This document shows, piece by piece, positions 55,864-57,787 of a stretch of DNA of 57,787 nt. The notes beneath the pieces are model-generated. The model had not been told where the DNA came from. It ran no database searches and saw only the letters and a list, made by a program, of their open reading frames with translations. This DNA is from a virus (taxonomy: Duplodnaviria; Caudoviricetes): positions 1 to 57,787 of the IMG/VR virus record IMGVR_UViG_3300017763_000019; one strand, 5' to 3'. The position numbers and the translations under genes are program-made. The number at the start of each line of letters is the position of its first letter. The first letter of the stretch is position 1.

Positions 55864-55897
55864 TATTATATAATAAAACACAACAGAAAGATATGTT

Positions 55898-56041
55898 ATG
55901 AATTGGAAACACTCAATGATACTCTACGGACTGCTTATTATCCCAAATATATTACCTGCTATTGGTGGTAATATAATTAGTATAGCTGCAATAGTTTTTA
56001 TCACTACACTAGCCGTTAAAACTTACTACGAGTTTCGTTAG
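55898..56041 (+). CDS. 47-aa membrane peptide (not in the ORF track)
   Basis: MNWKHSMILYGLLIIPNILPAIGGNIISIAAIVFITTLAVKTYYEFR*. Confidence 0.55.
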   Translation: MNWKHSMILYGLLIIPNILPAIGGNIISIAAIVFITTLAVKTYYEFR

Positions 56042-56050
56042 GAGAACAAT

Positions 56051-56197
56051 ATGAATAAATCAAAGAAAACTGAAACAGATCATGAGTTCTTATCTAGAAG
56101 TAAGTCGTACATGAAAGAACCGGTCCCTCGTGACAACAGAGACGATTATCTGGACATGATGTATAAGCGACAACAAATAATTGACGATGCGAGGTAA
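56051..56197 (+). CDS. 48-aa hypothetical protein (not in the ORF track)
   Basis: AGGAG RBS; MNKSKKTETDHEF...IIDDAR*. Confidence 0.6.
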   Translation: MNKSKKTETDHEFLSRSKSYMKEPVPRDNRDDYLDMMYKRQQIIDDAR

Positions 56198-56202
56198 ATT
56201 GA

Positions 56203-56727
56203 ATGAAAAAACAATTTGATGGTGTTGATGAATGGTCAGAGTCAATAAAACAATTTGATAGTGTTGATGAATGGTTAGAGTCAATGGAAGTGAAACAAAC
56301 TTGGTTTGAAACATATATCGAAATTCCCTTTTATCATATGGTAATCAATCCTTTTCGTGATACTTACTATAACCTAAAACATTTACCAGGTAACCTAAAA
56401 AGATGGTTACCGTTTATATGGACATACCGTACATGGGATTCGTTTTATACTTTAAAGGCATTGAGAATTTCTCTTGAGGGTCAGTACGAACAGTTTGAAT
56501 ATGCAAAGACGCGTGGCTGGTGTTCTGTTGATATTGATTCACGGATGAAAGACATTAAGATTTGTATTAATTTAATTAAACGGATTGAGAAAGATAATTA
56601 TTGTTTAGAGGAATACAAAGTGTTTACAAACAAGACATCTAAATATAAACGTATGCATCAACAAGAAAAAAATGATGTTGAATACTTAATGAATAAACTT
56701 AAAGATATAAAGTGTTGGTGGGATTAA
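56203..56727 (+). CDS. Hypothetical phage protein
   Basis: GAGG RBS; NLKRWLPFIW..R.WD and C-terminal KCWWD. Confidence 0.7.
   Translation: MKKQFDGVDEWSESIKQFDSVDEWLESMEVKQTWFETYIEIPFYHMVINPFRDTYYNLKHLPGNLKRWLPFIWTYRTWDSFYTLKALRISLEGQYEQFEYAKTRGWCSVDIDSRMKDIKICINLIKRIEKDNYCLEEYKVFTNKTSKYKRMHQQEKNDVEYLMNKLKDIKCWWD
56208..56285 (+). repeat. Tandem 39-bp duplication (2 mismatches)
   Basis: KQFDGVDEWSES / KQFDSVDEWLES. Confidence 0.9.
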
Positions 56728-56961
56728 ATGGAATTTGATAATGATGGAAATTTGATCACTAGTAGACAATCATGTAGAGGATCTGATAATGAATGGGTAT
56801 CTTATATATCAGCTCGTGATGTAAAACTTGTAATAGATAACCATGAAAAGGGATTACCTACAAGTCAAGGTTTATCACCCGCACAAGAATTAACTAGAGA
56901 ACAGATTGCAACAATCATAACTAATAAAGAAGATTTCAAAAAAATGAGAGAATATAAATGA
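56728..56961 (+). CDS. Hypothetical protein
   Basis: Abutting ORF in the early operon. Confidence 0.55.
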   Translation: MEFDNDGNLITSRQSCRGSDNEWVSYISARDVKLVIDNHEKGLPTSQGLSPAQELTREQIATIITNKEDFKKMREYK

Positions 56962-57182
56962 GTACAACATTTGCAGTTAAAGTACCCTCTCGATATGATG
57001 AAGGAGAATTTGAAGAAATTGAAGTAGCCTTTAGAAGTGCATATGTAAGATGGGAAAATCCATTAGCACAACTATTACCTGATGATTTAGAGGTTATACC
57101 GTTAGACAATTCAGCACAAGGTATTTACACTATTGGAGATATACGAAAAGCTGTCAATGATAATAATTTGGGTATACGTTGA
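56958..57182 (+). CDS. Hypothetical protein
   Basis: ATGA overlap; DNSAQGIYTIGDI. Confidence 0.6.
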   Translation: MSTTFAVKVPSRYDEGEFEEIEVAFRSAYVRWENPLAQLLPDDLEVIPLDNSAQGIYTIGDIRKAVNDNNLGIR

Positions 57183-57367
57183 GGAAACAAATGAGAATAT
57201 CAAGTATAATGATTGTAACGCCTAACGACCTAAAAAAAGAGTCAATAGCTGTAAAGCTAAAGGATATAGAAATTAATGATTTGCAAGACGATGTGTTTAG
57301 GGCTTGCTTGCCTTATGAATATGTGCTTTATATATCCAAACAAGGTGAAAATTTGTTAAAAGGATGA
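57179..57367 (+). CDS. Hypothetical protein
   Basis: Overlapping ORF; start uncertain. Confidence 0.45.
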   Translation: MRKQMRISSIMIVTPNDLKKESIAVKLKDIEINDLQDDVFRACLPYEYVLYISKQGENLLKG

Positions 57368-57441
57368 AGAAAGTAGATAATTACAAATTTAATATTGGTG
57401 ATAAGGTTAAGATATTAACTGCCACCTACCTAGTAAATGCC

Positions 57442-57509
57442 ACATAACGGTTTGGCTAAAATTATGTTTATGAACGAAGTGAATAAATTAAATTTAGGTA
57501 GTGTTAGCA
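57442..57509 (+). mobile_element. attC-like imperfect palindrome (gene-cassette recombination site)
   Basis: ACATAAC ... CTAAAATT/AATTTAG ... TTTAT/ATAAA ... cGAAg loop ... GTTAGCA. Confidence 0.5.
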
Positions 57510-57658
57510 ATAGTTCTAAGCACCCTAAATGTAAAGGATATAAATATTGGACTGATTGTGGTTATGAGTTTGATTGCGGTTATGAAACAACAATAGATTG
57601 TGACCAATGTAAATATGGTGGTGGTAGAAAAGACCCTGAAGCAAAATGTAATCAATAA
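57470..57658 (+). CDS. Small Cys-rich protein carried in the putative cassette
   Basis: C-x8-C-x5-C...CDQC...C; start uncertain, inside the attC-like site. Confidence 0.55.
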   Translation: MNEVNKLNLGSVSNSSKHPKCKGYKYWTDCGYEFDCGYETTIDCDQCKYGGGRKDPEAKCNQ

Positions 57659-57685
57659 TTATTGCTAACAAAGAAATATAAACCC

Positions 57686-57714
57686 TTGCCATTCTAAGAT
57701 CTAATTACTATATT
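57686..57714 (+). promoter_or_regulatory. Sigma70-type early promoter
   Basis: TTGCCA-N17-TATATT. Confidence 0.65.
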
Positions 57715-57787
57715 TGTTATATACAAATGATCAAATCAACCAAAGGAAAGAAAGAATAAAAAACTTGAACCACAAGAAAGAGAAACA

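Noticed and set aside
42-56314. Minus-strand ORFs in the track (for example 10233-10907 and 27670-28077)
   Set aside because: They are antisense shadows of well-supported + strand genes, with no RBS, promoter or motifs.
1-57787. Stop-codon reassignment, tRNA or rRNA genes
   Set aside because: Conserved genes are full length in the standard code with all three stops used, and no cloverleaf was seen in the short intergenic gaps.

Overview
A ~58 kb, AT-rich fragment of a large T4-like (myovirus) phage genome; every credible gene is on the + strand. 1-31.9 kb is a late structural module driven by T4-type TATAAATA promoters: neck/tail completion (gp14 end, gp15), terminase (gp16, gp17), sheath and tube (gp18, gp19), baseplate (gp54-, 26-, 51-, 29-, 48-, 53-, 27-, 5-, 25-, 6-, 7-like), a 2193-aa protein with four six-bladed NHL propellers, and a YadA-head-like tail fibre. 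32-44.5 kb is a glycosylation island under sigma70-type promoters: about 7 glycosyltransferase genes, UDP-sulfoquinovose synthase, a three-gene UDP-6-deoxy-HexNAc pathway, a 2OG-Fe(II) oxygenase, an FkbM methyltransferase and dUTPase. 44.5-57.8 kb holds gp3, RegA, a late operon of two Pol-beta-type nucleotidyltransferases plus a HIGH-family nucleotidyltransferase, a family of proteins with T4-like capsid-targeting N-termini, and many small early genes. The best leads are the apparently capsid-packaged nucleotidyltransferase operon, a possible virion glycosylation system (sulfoquinovose, 6-deoxy-HexNAc and an x-S-A motif recurring in virion proteins), the NHL propeller array, a candidate +1 frameshift in gp26/gp51, a late small RNA and an attC-like cassette. 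All calls come from motif recognition by eye; no searches were run.
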